Positions 1-9,186 of a stretch of 32,000 bases of DNA are shown here, piece by piece. Under the pieces are notes generated by a model, which worked only from the letters and a program-made list of their open reading frames with translations, was not told the DNA's origin and did no database searches. A program made the position numbers and the translations under genes. Where the stretch lies: assembly GCF_000023205.1 (NCBI RefSeq), contig NC_012803.1, forward strand, positions 1,020,001-1,052,000, read 5' to 3'. Within the stretch, counting starts at the first letter, position 1; each line of letters begins with the position of its first letter. This DNA is from Micrococcus luteus NCTC 2665. Lineage in GTDB: Bacteria > Actinomycetota > Actinomycetes > Actinomycetales > Micrococcaceae.

Positions 1-426
1 CCCGATCTCGACGGGTCCGAGGATCTTGGCGCCGGCCCCCACCACGACGCCGTCGCGCAGCGTGGGGTGCCGCTTCACCTTGGCCAGGGAGCGGCCGCCG
101 AGGGTGACCCCGTGGTACAGCATCACGTCGTCGCCGATCTCCGCGGTCTCGCCGATCACGACACCCATGCCGTGGTCGATGAAGAACCGACGACCGATCG
201 ACGCGCCGGGGTGGATCTCGATGCCCGTGGCCGCCCGCGTGACCTGCGAGAGCACGCGGGCGGGCATCTTCAGCCGGTCATGCCGCCACATCCGGTGCGC
301 GACGCGGTACGCCCACACGGCGTGCAGACCCGAGTAGACGAGGGCCACCTCGAGGTCACCGCGCGCCGCCGGGTCATGGCTGCGGACGGTCGCGATGTCT
401 TCCTTGATGCGGGAGAACAGTCCCAC
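1..426 (-). CDS. cysE: serine O-acetyltransferase (first 142 codons; gene runs off the left edge)
   Basis: My own minus-strand translation from GTG at 424-426 gives [47 protein letters not shown]...[44 protein letters not shown]. This is a SATase N-terminal helical region followed by hexapeptide repeats. It sits 44 nt downstream of cysK. It is absent from the ORF track because no stop codon lies in the window. Confidence 0.85.
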   Translation of the reverse strand, partial: MGLFSRIKEDIATVRSHDPAARGDLEVALVYSGLHAVWAYRVAHRMWRHDRLKMPARVLSQVTRAATGIEIHPGASIGRRFFIDHGMGVVIGETAEIGDDVMLYHGVTLGGRSLAKVKRHPTLRDGVVVGAGAKILGPVEIG

Positions 427-469
427 GGGCGGCCCCTTCGGGTCGGTGCGGTCGGTGAGCGGGCGGCGG

Positions 470-1405
470 TCAGCCGCGGATGTCCTCGAAGAGGGCGGTG
501 GAGATGTAGCGCTCGCCGAAGTCACACACGATGGCGACGATCAGCTTGCCCTCGGACTCGGGCTTGGCGGCCTCCTTGAGGGCGGCCGAGATGATCGCGC
601 CGGTGGAGATGCCGCCGAGGATGCCCTCCTCGGTCCCGAGCCGACGGGCGGTCTCGATGGACTCCTCGAAGGTGGCCGGGTAGACCTCGTCGTAGAGGTC
701 GGTGTCCAGGATCTCGGGCACGAAGTTCGCGCCGATGCCCTGGATCTTGTGCGGGCCGGCCTGGCCGCCGGAGAGGATGGGGGAGTCGGCCGGCTCGACG
801 GCGATGAGCTTCACGTCCGGCTTCTGCTCGCGCAGGTACCGGCCCGCGCCCGTGATGGTGCCGCCGGTGCCGACGCCGGCGATGAACACGTCCACGGCAC
901 CCTCGGACGCGTCCCAGATCTCCGGGCCGGTGCCCGTGTAGTGGGCCTGGATGTTGGCCTGGTTCGCGAACTGCTGGGCCCAGATGGAGTTCGGGGTGCT
1001 GCGGACGATCTCCTGGGCGCGCTCGAGGGCCCCGCGCATGCCGTCTGCACCGGGGGTCAGCACGATCTCGGCGCCGAACGCCTTGAGCATCACGCGGCGT
1101 TCGGTGGACATGGTCTCGGGCATGGTCAGGATCACGCGGTAGCCGCGCGCCGCGCCGACCATGGCCAGGGCGATGCCGGTGTTGCCCGAGGTGCCCTCCA
1201 CGATGGTGCCGCCGGGGGTCAGCTCGCCGGCCGCCTCCGCGGCGTCGACGATGGCGGTGCCGATGCGGTCCTTCACCGAGTTGGCCGGGTTGTAGAACTC
1301 GACCTTCACGGCGACGTCGCCGGGCAGGTCCTTCGCGAGGCGGTTCAGCCGGACCAGGGGCGTGCCGCCGACCGCCTGGGTGATGTCGTCAAGGATGCGG
1401 GCCAT
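470..1405 (-). CDS. cysK: cysteine synthase A (O-acetylserine sulfhydrylase)
   Basis: 311-aa ORF starting [23 protein letters not shown]. It has the PLP-lysine region [11 protein letters not shown] plus [11 protein letters not shown] and [10 protein letters not shown] loops. cysE follows immediately downstream. Confidence 0.93.
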   Translation of the reverse strand: MARILDDITQAVGGTPLVRLNRLAKDLPGDVAVKVEFYNPANSVKDRIGTAIVDAAEAAGELTPGGTIVEGTSGNTGIALAMVGAARGYRVILTMPETMSTERRVMLKAFGAEIVLTPGADGMRGALERAQEIVRSTPNSIWAQQFANQANIQAHYTGTGPEIWDASEGAVDVFIAGVGTGGTITGAGRYLREQKPDVKLIAVEPADSPILSGGQAGPHKIQGIGANFVPEILDTDLYDEVYPATFEESIETARRLGTEEGILGGISTGAIISAALKEAAKPESEGKLIVAIVCDFGERYISTALFEDIRG

Positions 1406-1494
1406 GGTGGTACCTCCGGGGGGTGGTGGTGCGCCTCGGGGCGCGGGCGATCTAGTGGGTGTTCCTGCGTCAGGCTATCGAGCCGCGGCGCCGC

Positions 1495-2109
1495 TCAGGC
1501 GTCCACGAGCCACGCGGAGTAGTTCCGGCGCACCTTCGCGAGCTTCGGATCGATGACCACACGGCAGTATCCATTGGAACGGCGCCGCGCATAGAAGTCC
1601 TGGTGAATGTCCTCGGCCGGGTGCCACGCGGACGCCGGCTCGACGCGTGTGACGATGGGGCTGTCATAGTTCGCCTGCGCCCGGGCGATCTCGTCCGCGA
1701 AGAACCGGGCCTCGGCCTCGTCGTGGGCGAAGACGGCCGAGCGGTACTGGGTGCCGACGTCGGCCCCCTGGCGGTTCAACGACGTGGGGTCGTGGCCGGT
1801 GAAGAACAGGTCCATGATCACCTCGGGCGGCACGACGGCGGCGTCGAAGCGCACACGGACCGCTTCGGCGTGGCCGGTGGTCCCGGTGCACACGGACTCG
1901 TAGCTCGGGGCGGGGTCGTCGCCTCCGGTGTAGCCGGACTCGACGGCGAGCACGCCCCGCACGCGACGGTAGACGGCGTCGAGGCACCAGAAGCAGCCGC
2001 CGGCGAGCGTCAGCTCGCGGACGTCGGCGGGCGCGCCGGAGGCGCCGAGGGGCTCGGTACGGGGGGAGTCGGTCATGGCAGGCACAGCAACGCTGCCCGC
2101 GCTTTTCAT
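1495..2109 (-). CDS. msrA: peptide-methionine (S)-S-oxide reductase
   Basis: ORF contains the MsrA active-site motif GGCFWCLDAVY and HAEAVRVRFD. A shorter start at ATG 2076 (MTDSPRTEP) is equally plausible. Confidence 0.9.
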   Translation of the reverse strand: MKSAGSVAVPAMTDSPRTEPLGASGAPADVRELTLAGGCFWCLDAVYRRVRGVLAVESGYTGGDDPAPSYESVCTGTTGHAEAVRVRFDAAVVPPEVIMDLFFTGHDPTSLNRQGADVGTQYRSAVFAHDEAEARFFADEIARAQANYDSPIVTRVEPASAWHPAEDIHQDFYARRRSNGYCRVVIDPKLAKVRRNYSAWLVDA

Positions 2110-2180
2110 TCCCGACGAGGCCGCCCCGTGCCGTCACCCAGGGCCGCCGGGTCGTGCGTGCCCGGGCCAGGTGGGCCATC

Positions 2181-3119
2181 ATGGCCGGTATGACCGTGTC
2201 CCGTCCCGCCGTCCCCGCCTCGCCGGAGCACGCCCTGGCCCCACCGACGCTCGGGCACGTCCTCGAGGTCGTCCAGGGGCTGTGGCCGCGGGAGCTGGCG
2301 GAGCCGTGGGACGCCGTCGGGCCGGTGGCCGGGCGCCCGGAGGCGCCGGTGCGGACCGTCCTGTGGGCGCTGGACCCCGTGCAGGCCGTGGCCGACGAGG
2401 CCGTCGCCCGTGGGGCCGACCTCGTGGTCACCCACCACCCGCTCCTGCTGCGCGGGACCTCGTCCGTCGCCGCCGTCGGGCATGCCGCCGCCGCCAAGGG
2501 ACGCCTGCTGCACACCCTGATCGAGCACCGCATCGCCCTGCTCGCCGCGCACACCAACGCCGACGCCGTCGTGGGCGGCGTCTCGGACGTGCTGGCCCGT
2601 GCCGTCGGCGTCACCGGAGCGCTCTCGCCCCTGACGACCTCCGCCGCCGGCACCGGGGCCGAAGGCATCGGCCGGGTGGGCGACCTGCCCGAGGAGACCG
2701 ACCTGGCCGCCTTCGCCCGGGCCGTGCACGCGGCGCTGCCCGCCACGGCCGGCGGCGTGCGCGTGGCGGGCGACCCCGCCCAGCGCATCCGCCGCGTCGC
2801 CGTGTGCGGCGGCGCCGGAGACAGCCTCTTCGACGCGGTCCGCGCGTCCGGCGCGGACGTCTACGTGACCGCCGATCTGCGCCACCACCCGGCCTCGGAG
2901 GCCCGGGAGACGGCAGCGTCGGGGGATGGACGTCCCGCGCTCGTGGACGTCTCGCACTGGGCGAGCGAGTCCCTATGGCTCGAGCACGGCGCCCGCGCCC
3001 TGGAGGCCGCCCTGGCGGAGCGGGGACTGGGCGTCACCACCCTGTTCTCAGATCACCGCAGCGACCCCTGGGACTTCCTGGTCGGGGGAGAGCGGGCCGA
3101 CGAGGGGAGTCACGCATGA
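2181..3119 (+). CDS. Nif3-like dinuclear metal center protein (YbgI/NIF3 family)
   Basis: ORF contains LGHVLEVVQGLWPRELAEPWDAVG...GADLVVTHHPLLLRG...LLAAHTNADA...DVYVTADLRHH. These are typical NIF3 His/Asp metal motifs. The start is ambiguous (2154, 2181 or 2190). The stop overlaps the next gene's start as ATGA. Confidence 0.8.
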   Translation: MAGMTVSRPAVPASPEHALAPPTLGHVLEVVQGLWPRELAEPWDAVGPVAGRPEAPVRTVLWALDPVQAVADEAVARGADLVVTHHPLLLRGTSSVAAVGHAAAAKGRLLHTLIEHRIALLAAHTNADAVVGGVSDVLARAVGVTGALSPLTTSAAGTGAEGIGRVGDLPEETDLAAFARAVHAALPATAGGVRVAGDPAQRIRRVAVCGGAGDSLFDAVRASGADVYVTADLRHHPASEARETAASGDGRPALVDVSHWASESLWLEHGARALEAALAERGLGVTTLFSDHRSDPWDFLVGGERADEGSHA

Positions 3120-3850
3120 GTGAGGTCACCGCACCGCCGGCCGTCCAGGCCCGGCTGCTGGAGCTCCAGGAGCTCGACACGGCCCTGGACCAGGCCCGCG
3201 CCGCCGTCCGTCGGCTCAAGGCGGACCCGGAGCACGCCCGGCTGCGCGCCCGCGCGCAGGAGTTCGAGGAGGCGCTGCCCGGTCTGCAGGACGCCGCCCG
3301 CACCGCCGACCGGGCGGGAGCCGAGGCCACCGAGAAGGCCGCCGCCACCCGCGCCCGTCGGGACCGGACCCGGGAGCGGCTCGAAACGGGCCAGGGCGGG
3401 CCCAAGGAGCTGCAGGCCATGCAGCACGAGGACGACACGCTCACCGCACTGCTCGACGACCACGAGGCCGCGGCCCTCGAGGCCATGGAGGCCGCCGACG
3501 CCGCCGAGTCCCGGCTCGCGAAGGGCCACGCCGCCCTGGAGCGGGCGCGGGCCGAGGTCGAGGCCCGCGCGGCGGAGGTGCGCCGCGAGGGGCAGGCCGT
3601 GACCCAGCGTGGCCGGGACCTCACCCAGCGCCGGGCGGCGTTGGCCGCGGAGTTCCCCGCGTCGTTGCTGGCCCTGTACGAGCAGGCGCGGGAGCGCAAC
3701 GGCGGCATCGGCGCGGCCCGGCTCGTCGGGAACCGGTCCGCGGCCGCGGGCACGGAGCTGTCGCCCGCGGAGGTCGCGCGCATCCGGGCCCTCCCGCCGG
3801 CCGCCGTCGCCCGCTGCCCCGAGTCCGGCGCCATCCTCATCCGGGACTGA
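3116..3850 (+). CDS. coiled-coil protein of the DUF164 / C4 zinc-ribbon family (Rv2229c-like), with a degenerate ribbon
   Basis: This is the last 244 codons of track ORF 2075..3850, starting at ATG 3116 (MSEVTAPPAVQARLLELQELDTALDQARAAV). It is a long Ala/Glu/Arg coiled coil. Its position between NIF3 and RNase H matches the conserved actinobacterial trio. The C-terminus ends RCPESGAILIRD. Confidence 0.65.
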   Translation: MSEVTAPPAVQARLLELQELDTALDQARAAVRRLKADPEHARLRARAQEFEEALPGLQDAARTADRAGAEATEKAAATRARRDRTRERLETGQGGPKELQAMQHEDDTLTALLDDHEAAALEAMEAADAAESRLAKGHAALERARAEVEARAAEVRREGQAVTQRGRDLTQRRAALAAEFPASLLALYEQARERNGGIGAARLVGNRSAAAGTELSPAEVARIRALPPAAVARCPESGAILIRD

Positions 3851-3932
3851 CCCCGGGCCCCGCCCCCGGCGCGATCAGTAGAGTGGGGGGGCCGCGTCGG
3901 ACGGCGCGACCACGGACACGAGGAGGCGCACG

Positions 3933-4922
3933 GTGAGCGGACGAGTCCTGCAGGTGGAGGCCGACGGCGGGTCGCGGGGCAACCCCGGCGTCGCCGGCTA
4001 CGGCGCCCTGGTGCGCGACCCGGCCACAGGCGAGATCCTCCGGACCGACGCCGCCCCGCTGGGGAAGGCGTCCAACAACGTGGCCGAGTACTCCGGGCTC
4101 GTGGCCGGGCTGCGGATGGCCCGGGACCTCGACCCGGAGGCCCGGGTGCACGTGCTGATGGACTCCAAGCTCGTGGTGGAGCAGATGTCCGGGCGGTGGA
4201 AGATCAAGCACGACGACATGCGGCGCCTCGCGGCCGAGGCCCGGTCCGTGCTGCCCCCCGAGCGCGTCAGCTACGAGTGGATCCCGCGCAACCGGAACAA
4301 GGACGCCGACCGCCTCTCCAACGAGGCCATGGACGCCGGCGCGCGGGGCGGGCAGTGGGACGCCGGCGCCTCAGAGGTGCCCGTTGCGGCTCCCGCGAAG
4401 GCGTCCACGACCTCCGCGTCGGCGGTGGCCGAGTCCGGCCTCGAGGCCGACGCGGACGTCCGGGCCGTGGAGGCGGACGGGCCCGACGCCGTCGCCTCGC
4501 CGGAGGATGCGACCCCGGCGCCCGCGCCCACGGGCCGGCTGCACCACGTGGAGATCTGGGTCGCCGACCTCGCGGCGGCCGAGGCGAGCCTCGGCTGGCT
4601 GTTCGGCGAGCTCGGCTACGTGCCGGGCGAGGGGTGGGCCGAGGGCCGGACGTACCAGGGGGCGGGGGAGTACCTCGTGCTCGAGGCCGGGCCCGACGTC
4701 GCCGCGGGCGCCCACGAGCGCACCCGCCCGGGCCTGAACCACCTGGCCTTCCGGGCCGGATCGCGCGCCCGCGTGGACGAGCTCACCGCCGCCGCGCGCG
4801 ACCGGGGGTTCCGCCTGCTCTTCGAGGACCGCCACCCGCACGCCGGGGGACCGGACCACTACGCCGCCTACCTCGAGACCGCGGACGGCTTCGAGGTGGA
4901 GCTGGTGGCCGTCGAGGACTGA
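3933..4922 (+). CDS. RNase H (type 1) fused to a C-terminal VOC/glyoxalase-like domain
   Basis: N-terminal part LQVEADGGSRGNPGVAGYGALV...NNVAEYSGLVAGL...MDSKLVVEQMSGRWKIKH...NKDADRLSNEAMD carries the RNase H D-E-D-D pattern. An Ala/Pro/Asp linker follows. C-terminal part LHHVEIWVADLAAAEASLGWLFGELGY...GLNHLAFRA...YLETADGFEVELV is a VOC beta-alpha-beta-beta-beta pattern. AGGAGG lies 6 nt before the GTG start. Confidence 0.8.
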   Translation: MSGRVLQVEADGGSRGNPGVAGYGALVRDPATGEILRTDAAPLGKASNNVAEYSGLVAGLRMARDLDPEARVHVLMDSKLVVEQMSGRWKIKHDDMRRLAAEARSVLPPERVSYEWIPRNRNKDADRLSNEAMDAGARGGQWDAGASEVPVAAPAKASTTSASAVAESGLEADADVRAVEADGPDAVASPEDATPAPAPTGRLHHVEIWVADLAAAEASLGWLFGELGYVPGEGWAEGRTYQGAGEYLVLEAGPDVAAGAHERTRPGLNHLAFRAGSRARVDELTAAARDRGFRLLFEDRHPHAGGPDHYAAYLETADGFEVELVAVED

Positions 4923-4956
4923 GGCCGCGTCCGGGCAGACCGCGCCTCGCCCGGGG

Positions 4957-5754
4957 TCACCCCTCGGGCAGGATCACCCGCAGCGCGCCGGGCTTCGCGC
5001 CGGACGGCCGGGCCAGCTCGACCTCCCAGCCGTGGCCGTCCCCGGCCCGCGCGACCACGTCCGCGACGCGCTCCAGCGTCGAGGTCTCCCGCGCCCCCGC
5101 CTCCAGCAGCGCGCGGGCCACGAGGCCGCGGGTGTGCTTGGCGAAGTGCGAGACGACGGTCCGCTCGCCGTCGCGCAGCTGGAACACGTCGACCGCGAGG
5201 GTCCGCTCCGCCGGTGCCCGCCACTGGGCCGCGTAGCCGCCGGAGCGGCAGTCGACGACGGGCCCGCCGTCCCGTGCGGCGAGCGCGTCGAGGGCGGGGG
5301 TCAGGACGGGGCGCCAGTGCGCGGCCAGCCCGGGCAGCCCCGGCAGCTTCGCGCCGACGGGCAGCCGGAAGGCGGGGATCCGGTCCGCCAGCGCGGTGGC
5401 GCCGAACAGCGCGGAGAAGACCAGCACGGACGCGCGGGCGCGGCGCTTCGCCGCCGCGGACAGGGAGGCGTGGTCGAGCGCATCGAAGAGCACGCCCGTG
5501 AACACCCGGTGACCGGGCGCGGCGGGGGCGACGGCCAGGCGCGTGTTCGCCTCGACCTCGCCGGTGAGCGACGCCCCGACGCCGAGAGCCGCCAGGGCAT
5601 CCGGGGCGGCCGAGACCGCGGCGAGCCGCGTGAGCAGGTCCGCGCGGGCGCCCGTCACCGCGGCGTCATCGGCCAACGCGAGGGCATCGAGGTCGAGCGG
5701 GGCCCCGGAGCGGGGCGCGGTCTTGCCCTCGGAGGGCGGCAGCAGGATCAGCAC
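4957..5754 (-). CDS. yaaA: peroxide stress protein YaaA (DUF328/UPF0246)
   Basis: N-terminus MLILLPPSEGK is the YaaA family signature. The 265-aa length also fits the family. Confidence 0.85.
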   Translation of the reverse strand: MLILLPPSEGKTAPRSGAPLDLDALALADDAAVTGARADLLTRLAAVSAAPDALAALGVGASLTGEVEANTRLAVAPAAPGHRVFTGVLFDALDHASLSAAAKRRARASVLVFSALFGATALADRIPAFRLPVGAKLPGLPGLAAHWRPVLTPALDALAARDGGPVVDCRSGGYAAQWRAPAERTLAVDVFQLRDGERTVVSHFAKHTRGLVARALLEAGARETSTLERVADVVARAGDGHGWEVELARPSGAKPGALRVILPEG

Positions 5755-5874
5755 CGGGCCAGCCTAGCCAGGCGCCCCCGGACCGACGCGCGGACGGGCC
5801 GGGCCGACGTCGTCGTCCGGACCTGGCACAGTGGTGGGGTCCGCACAGCCGCCCCGCATCCCAGGAGTCGCCCG

Positions 5875-6189
5875 ATGACCGCCATGAACGTGTTCGGTGT
5901 GGTGTACCCGTTCGTCCTGCTCGTGATCGCGGCCGCCGTGTGGCTCGGGATCCGCTCCAGCGGGCGGGAGCGCACGCACGCCTCCGCTCTGGAGCAGCGC
6001 CTGCGGGAGCACACCTTCACGGGGCAGGACCGCGTGACGCTGGAATGGCCGCGGGACCGGCGACGCCCGAGCCTGGCGAAGGTCGTCTCGATCGGCGAGT
6101 CGTACGGGTACCGCCTGCTGGACAAGCGGGAGCGCGAGCACGTGGTGGAGCTCGAGTTCGAACGGATCCTCGACGACGAGGGGTTCTGA
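5875..6189 (+). CDS. hypothetical small membrane protein
   Basis: In-frame ATG at 5875 inside track ORF 5032..6189 gives MTAMNVFGVVYPFVLLVIAAAVWLGIRSS. This is one predicted TM helix followed by a charged tail. Codon use is GC3-rich. I recognised no family. Confidence 0.5.
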   Translation: MTAMNVFGVVYPFVLLVIAAAVWLGIRSSGRERTHASALEQRLREHTFTGQDRVTLEWPRDRRRPSLAKVVSIGESYGYRLLDKREREHVVELEFERILDDEGF

Positions 6190-6204
6190 CCCCAGCCGGG
6201 GGCC

Positions 6205-6595
6205 GTGAGGTGGGACGGACCGGCTGTAAGCCGGGTTCTGTGCCTCGCGCGCGTTGCCCCGCGCGAGGTGACGGCCATCCATCTGGGCCCGCCATCGCTG
6301 ACGGGCTCGAGCGGCCAACCCGGACGCTGGGGCGAGCAGCCCTCGTGACGCGTCCTGTTCGGCCTTGCACCGGATGGGGTTTACCGAGCCGGCCCCGTCA
6401 CCGGGGCCGCTGGTGGTCTCTTACACCACCCTTTCACCCTTACCGCCGCGCACACGGCGCGGAGGCGGTCTTCTCTCTGTGGCACTGGCCCGCGGGTCGC
6501 CCCGGGTGGATGTTGTCCACCATCCTGCTCTGCGGTGCCCGGACTTTCCTCGCACCCCCGCAGGGGCACGCGGCCGTCCGCCGATCCGTCCCGAC
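6205..6595 (-). ncRNA. rnpB: RNase P RNA, bacterial type A
   Basis: The reverse complement contains the universally conserved GAGGAAAGTCCGGGC (plus strand ggactttcctc at about 6541-6551). It also contains ACAGAACCCGGCTTAC (plus strand gtaagccgggttctgt at about 6224-6240). The 5-prime GGTCGGGACGGA can pair with the 3-prime TCCGTCCCACC to form P1. No credible CDS covers this region. Ends are good to about +/-10 nt. Confidence 0.9.
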
Positions 6596-6600
6596 CGACC

Positions 6601-6606
6601 AGTGTA
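6601..6606 (-). promoter_or_regulatory. candidate -10 hexamer (TACACT) for rnpB
   Basis: The reverse complement of agtgta is TACACT, about 6-10 nt upstream of the inferred P1 5-prime end. This is a hexamer match only. Confidence 0.3.
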
Positions 6607-6649
6607 CGCCCCGTCGCGACCGCAGGGCCGCTCCGGACGTGTCCTCGCC

Positions 6650-6655
6650 TAGAAT
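6650..6655 (+). promoter_or_regulatory. candidate -10 hexamer (TAGAAT) upstream of gap
   Basis: TAGAAT lies about 80 nt upstream of the gap GTG start. This is a hexamer match only, and no clear -35 is visible. Confidence 0.25.
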
Positions 6656-6733
6656 GGCGGAGTCCGCCGACAACGAGGTCGGGGGATGGGGCCTGCCCAG
6701 GACGGCCCCGCCAGGTTTCAAGGAAGGACTCCC

Positions 6734-8179
6734 GTGGCAGACACCGCCTCGACCCAGACCCCCGAGTGGAACACGCAGCAGAAGCTCGCGGAGAAGATGG
6801 TCCCCCTGCTGGGCACCCTGTACCGCGAGCACAACGTGGTCACCTCGATCTACGGGCGCTCCCTCGTGAACCGCGGCGTGATCGACATCATCAAGGCCCA
6901 CCGTTACGCCCGCCGCGTGCAGGAGGCCCCGCTGAGCGTCGAGTCCACCTACCCCCTGGTCGAGGCCATGGCTGCGATGGACCTGGGCGCCGCCACCATC
7001 GACCTGGCCGAGCTGGCCGCCAAGCACAAGGCCTCGGGCCAGGACGTCCAGGCCTTCCTGGACGCCGAGCTCGCCGAGGTCAAGGGCAAGGCCGGTGAGG
7101 GCCTGGGCGAGACCCAGGACGTCGTGCTCTACGGCTTCGGTCGCATCGGCCGCCTGCTGGCCCGCATCCTCCTCGACCACGCCGGCGGTGGCTCCAAGCT
7201 GCGCCTGCGTGCCGTCGTCGTGCGCAAGAACTCGGAGGACGACCTGATCAAGCGCGCCTCCCTGCTGCGCCGCGACTCGATCCACGGCCCGTTCGACGGG
7301 ACGATCGTGGTGGACGAGGACCGCGACGTGATCACCGCCAACGGCACCGAGATCCAGGTCATCTACTCGAACGACCCGACCACGGTGGACTACACCTCCT
7401 ACGGCATCAAGGACGCGCTGGTCGTCGACAACACCGGACGCTGGCGCGACGACGAGGGCCTGTCCCAGCACCTGCAGGCCAAGGGCGCCGCGAAGGTCCT
7501 GCTGACGGCCCCGGGCAAGGGCGAGATGAAGAACATCGTGTTCGGCGTGAACTCGGACGACATCACGCCCCAGGACACGATCGTCTCGGCGGCCTCCTGC
7601 ACCACCAACGGCATCACCCCGGTGCTCAAGGTCATCCAGGACGACTACGGCATCGACCACGGCCACGTGGAGACCGTGCACGCCTACACCAATGACCAGA
7701 ACCTCGTGGACAACTTCCACAAGGGCGCCCGTCGTGGCCGTGCCGCCGGCATGAACATGGTGCTCACCGAGACCGGCGCCGCCAAGGCCGTGGCCAAGGC
7801 CCTGCCCGAGCTCAAGGGCAAGCTCTCCGGCAACGCCATCCGCGTCCCCACCCCGGACGTGTCCATGGCCATCCTGAACCTGGAGCTGACCACGCCCACC
7901 TCGGTGGAGGAGCTCAACGCCCGCCTGAAGCAGGAGTCCCTCACCGGCCCCCTGCGCGGCCAGGTCGGCTACGTGGACTCCCCGGAGGTCGTGTCCACCG
8001 ACTTCGTCGGCTCGGACCGCGCCGGCGTCGTGGACGGCCTGGCGACCCTCGTGAACAACGACGGCAAGAACGCGATCCTCTACGTCTGGTACGACAACGA
8101 GTACGGCTACTCGCACCAGGTGATCCGCGTGGTGGAGAAGATGGCGGGCCAGCAGGTCCCCGCCTTCCCGCAGGCCTGA
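6734..8179 (+). CDS. gap: glyceraldehyde-3-phosphate dehydrogenase, long (about 480 aa) actinobacterial form
   Basis: The catalytic motif SAASCTTNGITPVLK (SCTTN) and the Rossmann motif VLYGFGRIGRL are present. The C-terminus WYDNEYGYSHQVIRV is also typical. An N-terminal extension of about 130 aa characterises the long form. I chose GTG at 6734 because AAGGAAGGA lies just upstream; the track start at 6686 remains possible. Confidence 0.9.
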   Translation: MADTASTQTPEWNTQQKLAEKMVPLLGTLYREHNVVTSIYGRSLVNRGVIDIIKAHRYARRVQEAPLSVESTYPLVEAMAAMDLGAATIDLAELAAKHKASGQDVQAFLDAELAEVKGKAGEGLGETQDVVLYGFGRIGRLLARILLDHAGGGSKLRLRAVVVRKNSEDDLIKRASLLRRDSIHGPFDGTIVVDEDRDVITANGTEIQVIYSNDPTTVDYTSYGIKDALVVDNTGRWRDDEGLSQHLQAKGAAKVLLTAPGKGEMKNIVFGVNSDDITPQDTIVSAASCTTNGITPVLKVIQDDYGIDHGHVETVHAYTNDQNLVDNFHKGARRGRAAGMNMVLTETGAAKAVAKALPELKGKLSGNAIRVPTPDVSMAILNLELTTPTSVEELNARLKQESLTGPLRGQVGYVDSPEVVSTDFVGSDRAGVVDGLATLVNNDGKNAILYVWYDNEYGYSHQVIRVVEKMAGQQVPAFPQA

Positions 8180-8191
8180 CCCGCCGATGAC

Positions 8192-8226
8192 CGACGGCCC
8201 GTCCCCGCGGAGGGGACGGGCCGTCG
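8192..8226 (+). terminator. stem-loop downstream of gap (15-bp perfect stem, 5-nt loop)
   Basis: cgacggcccgtcccc gcgga ggggacgggccgtcg, followed by tcgtgtg. It begins 13 nt after the gap stop codon. Confidence 0.6.
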
Positions 8227-8268
8227 TCGTGTGCCGACCGGGTCGGCCCGACGTGGTAGTCCTGTCCC

Positions 8269-9174
8269 ATGGAGTTCACCGGACTGAACGCGTACCTGCT
8301 GACCCCGCTGCGGGACGGGCGGCCCGATCCGGGCGCCCTCGAACGGCTGGCCGGCCGGGCCGTCCACGCAGGCGTCGACGCCGTCGCCGTGCTGGGCTCG
8401 ACCGGGGTGGGGGCGTACCTGGGCGGGGCGGACCGGGCGGAGACCGTCCGGCGGGCCGTTGCCGCGGCCGGCCCCGTCCCGGTGCTGGCGGGTGTCTCCG
8501 CGCTGCGGACCGAGGACGCCGTCCGGCACGCCGAGGACGCCGCCGCGGCGGGCGCAGCGGGGCTGCTGCTGTCCGCGATGACCTACCAGCCGCTCACGGA
8601 GGACGAGGTCGTCGGCCTGTTCGCCGACGTCGGGGCGGCCACCGGCCTGCCGGTCGTCCTCTACGACAACCCGACCACGACGCACGTGGCCATGACCGAG
8701 CGCATGTACACCCGCGTGGCCGCCGCCGCGCCCGTGCACGACGTGAAGATCCCCGGCCGATCCGAGGACGACGAGGCCGCGACCCGGGCGCGCGTCGGCC
8801 GGATCCGGGCCGCGCTGCCGCCGGGGACGGGCGTGGGCATCTCCGGGGACGCGGTCGCGACCGCCGGCCTGCTCGCCGGGTGCGACGCCTGGCACTCCGT
8901 CCTCGGCGGGACTCTGCCCCGCACCGCCGCCTCCCTGACCCGTGACGCGGTGGCCGCGGACGAGGCGCTGCGCGACCGGGCCCGCGACGCGACGGCCCGC
9001 CTCGAGCCGCTGTGGGCGATGATGCGCGCGCACGGGTCCCTGCGGGTGATGGCCGCCGTCGCCGCCCACCTCGGCCTCGCGGACGTGGACTGCCTGCCGC
9101 GTCCGCTGTGGCCGCTGGCGGCGGGGGAGCGTGGCCGGTGCGCCACGATCGTGACGGAGCTGGGCCTGGACTGA
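8269..9174 (+). CDS. dihydrodipicolinate synthase family (class I aldolase) protein
   Basis: MEFTGLNAYLLTPLRDGRPDPGALERLAGRAVHAGVDAVAVLGSTGVGAYL...VLAGVSALRTEDAVRHAEDAAAAGAAGLLL...PVVLYDNP follows the DapA/NAL family pattern. Substrate specificity is unknown. Confidence 0.75.
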   Translation: MEFTGLNAYLLTPLRDGRPDPGALERLAGRAVHAGVDAVAVLGSTGVGAYLGGADRAETVRRAVAAAGPVPVLAGVSALRTEDAVRHAEDAAAAGAAGLLLSAMTYQPLTEDEVVGLFADVGAATGLPVVLYDNPTTTHVAMTERMYTRVAAAAPVHDVKIPGRSEDDEAATRARVGRIRAALPPGTGVGISGDAVATAGLLAGCDAWHSVLGGTLPRTAASLTRDAVAADEALRDRARDATARLEPLWAMMRAHGSLRVMAAVAAHLGLADVDCLPRPLWPLAAGERGRCATIVTELGLD

Positions 9175-9186
9175 CCCGGCGGGCGG

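Noticed and set aside
395-1522. 375-aa plus-strand ORF
   Set aside because: It is antisense to cysK and cysE. No motifs are present, and the Gly/Asp/Ala-rich composition is characteristic of reverse-frame translation.
2075-3850. 591-aa plus-strand ORF spanning the NIF3 and zinc-ribbon loci
   Set aside because: Only its last 244 codons, from ATG 3116, look like a real protein. The first 347 codons are an Arg/Gly/Pro-rich alternative frame of the NIF3 gene.
6440-8116. 558-aa minus-strand ORF, one of the longest in the track
   Set aside because: It runs exactly antisense to the well-supported GAPDH gene. Its composition is Gly/Val/Asp/His/Ala-rich with no recognisable motif. This is a typical shadow ORF of high-GC DNA.
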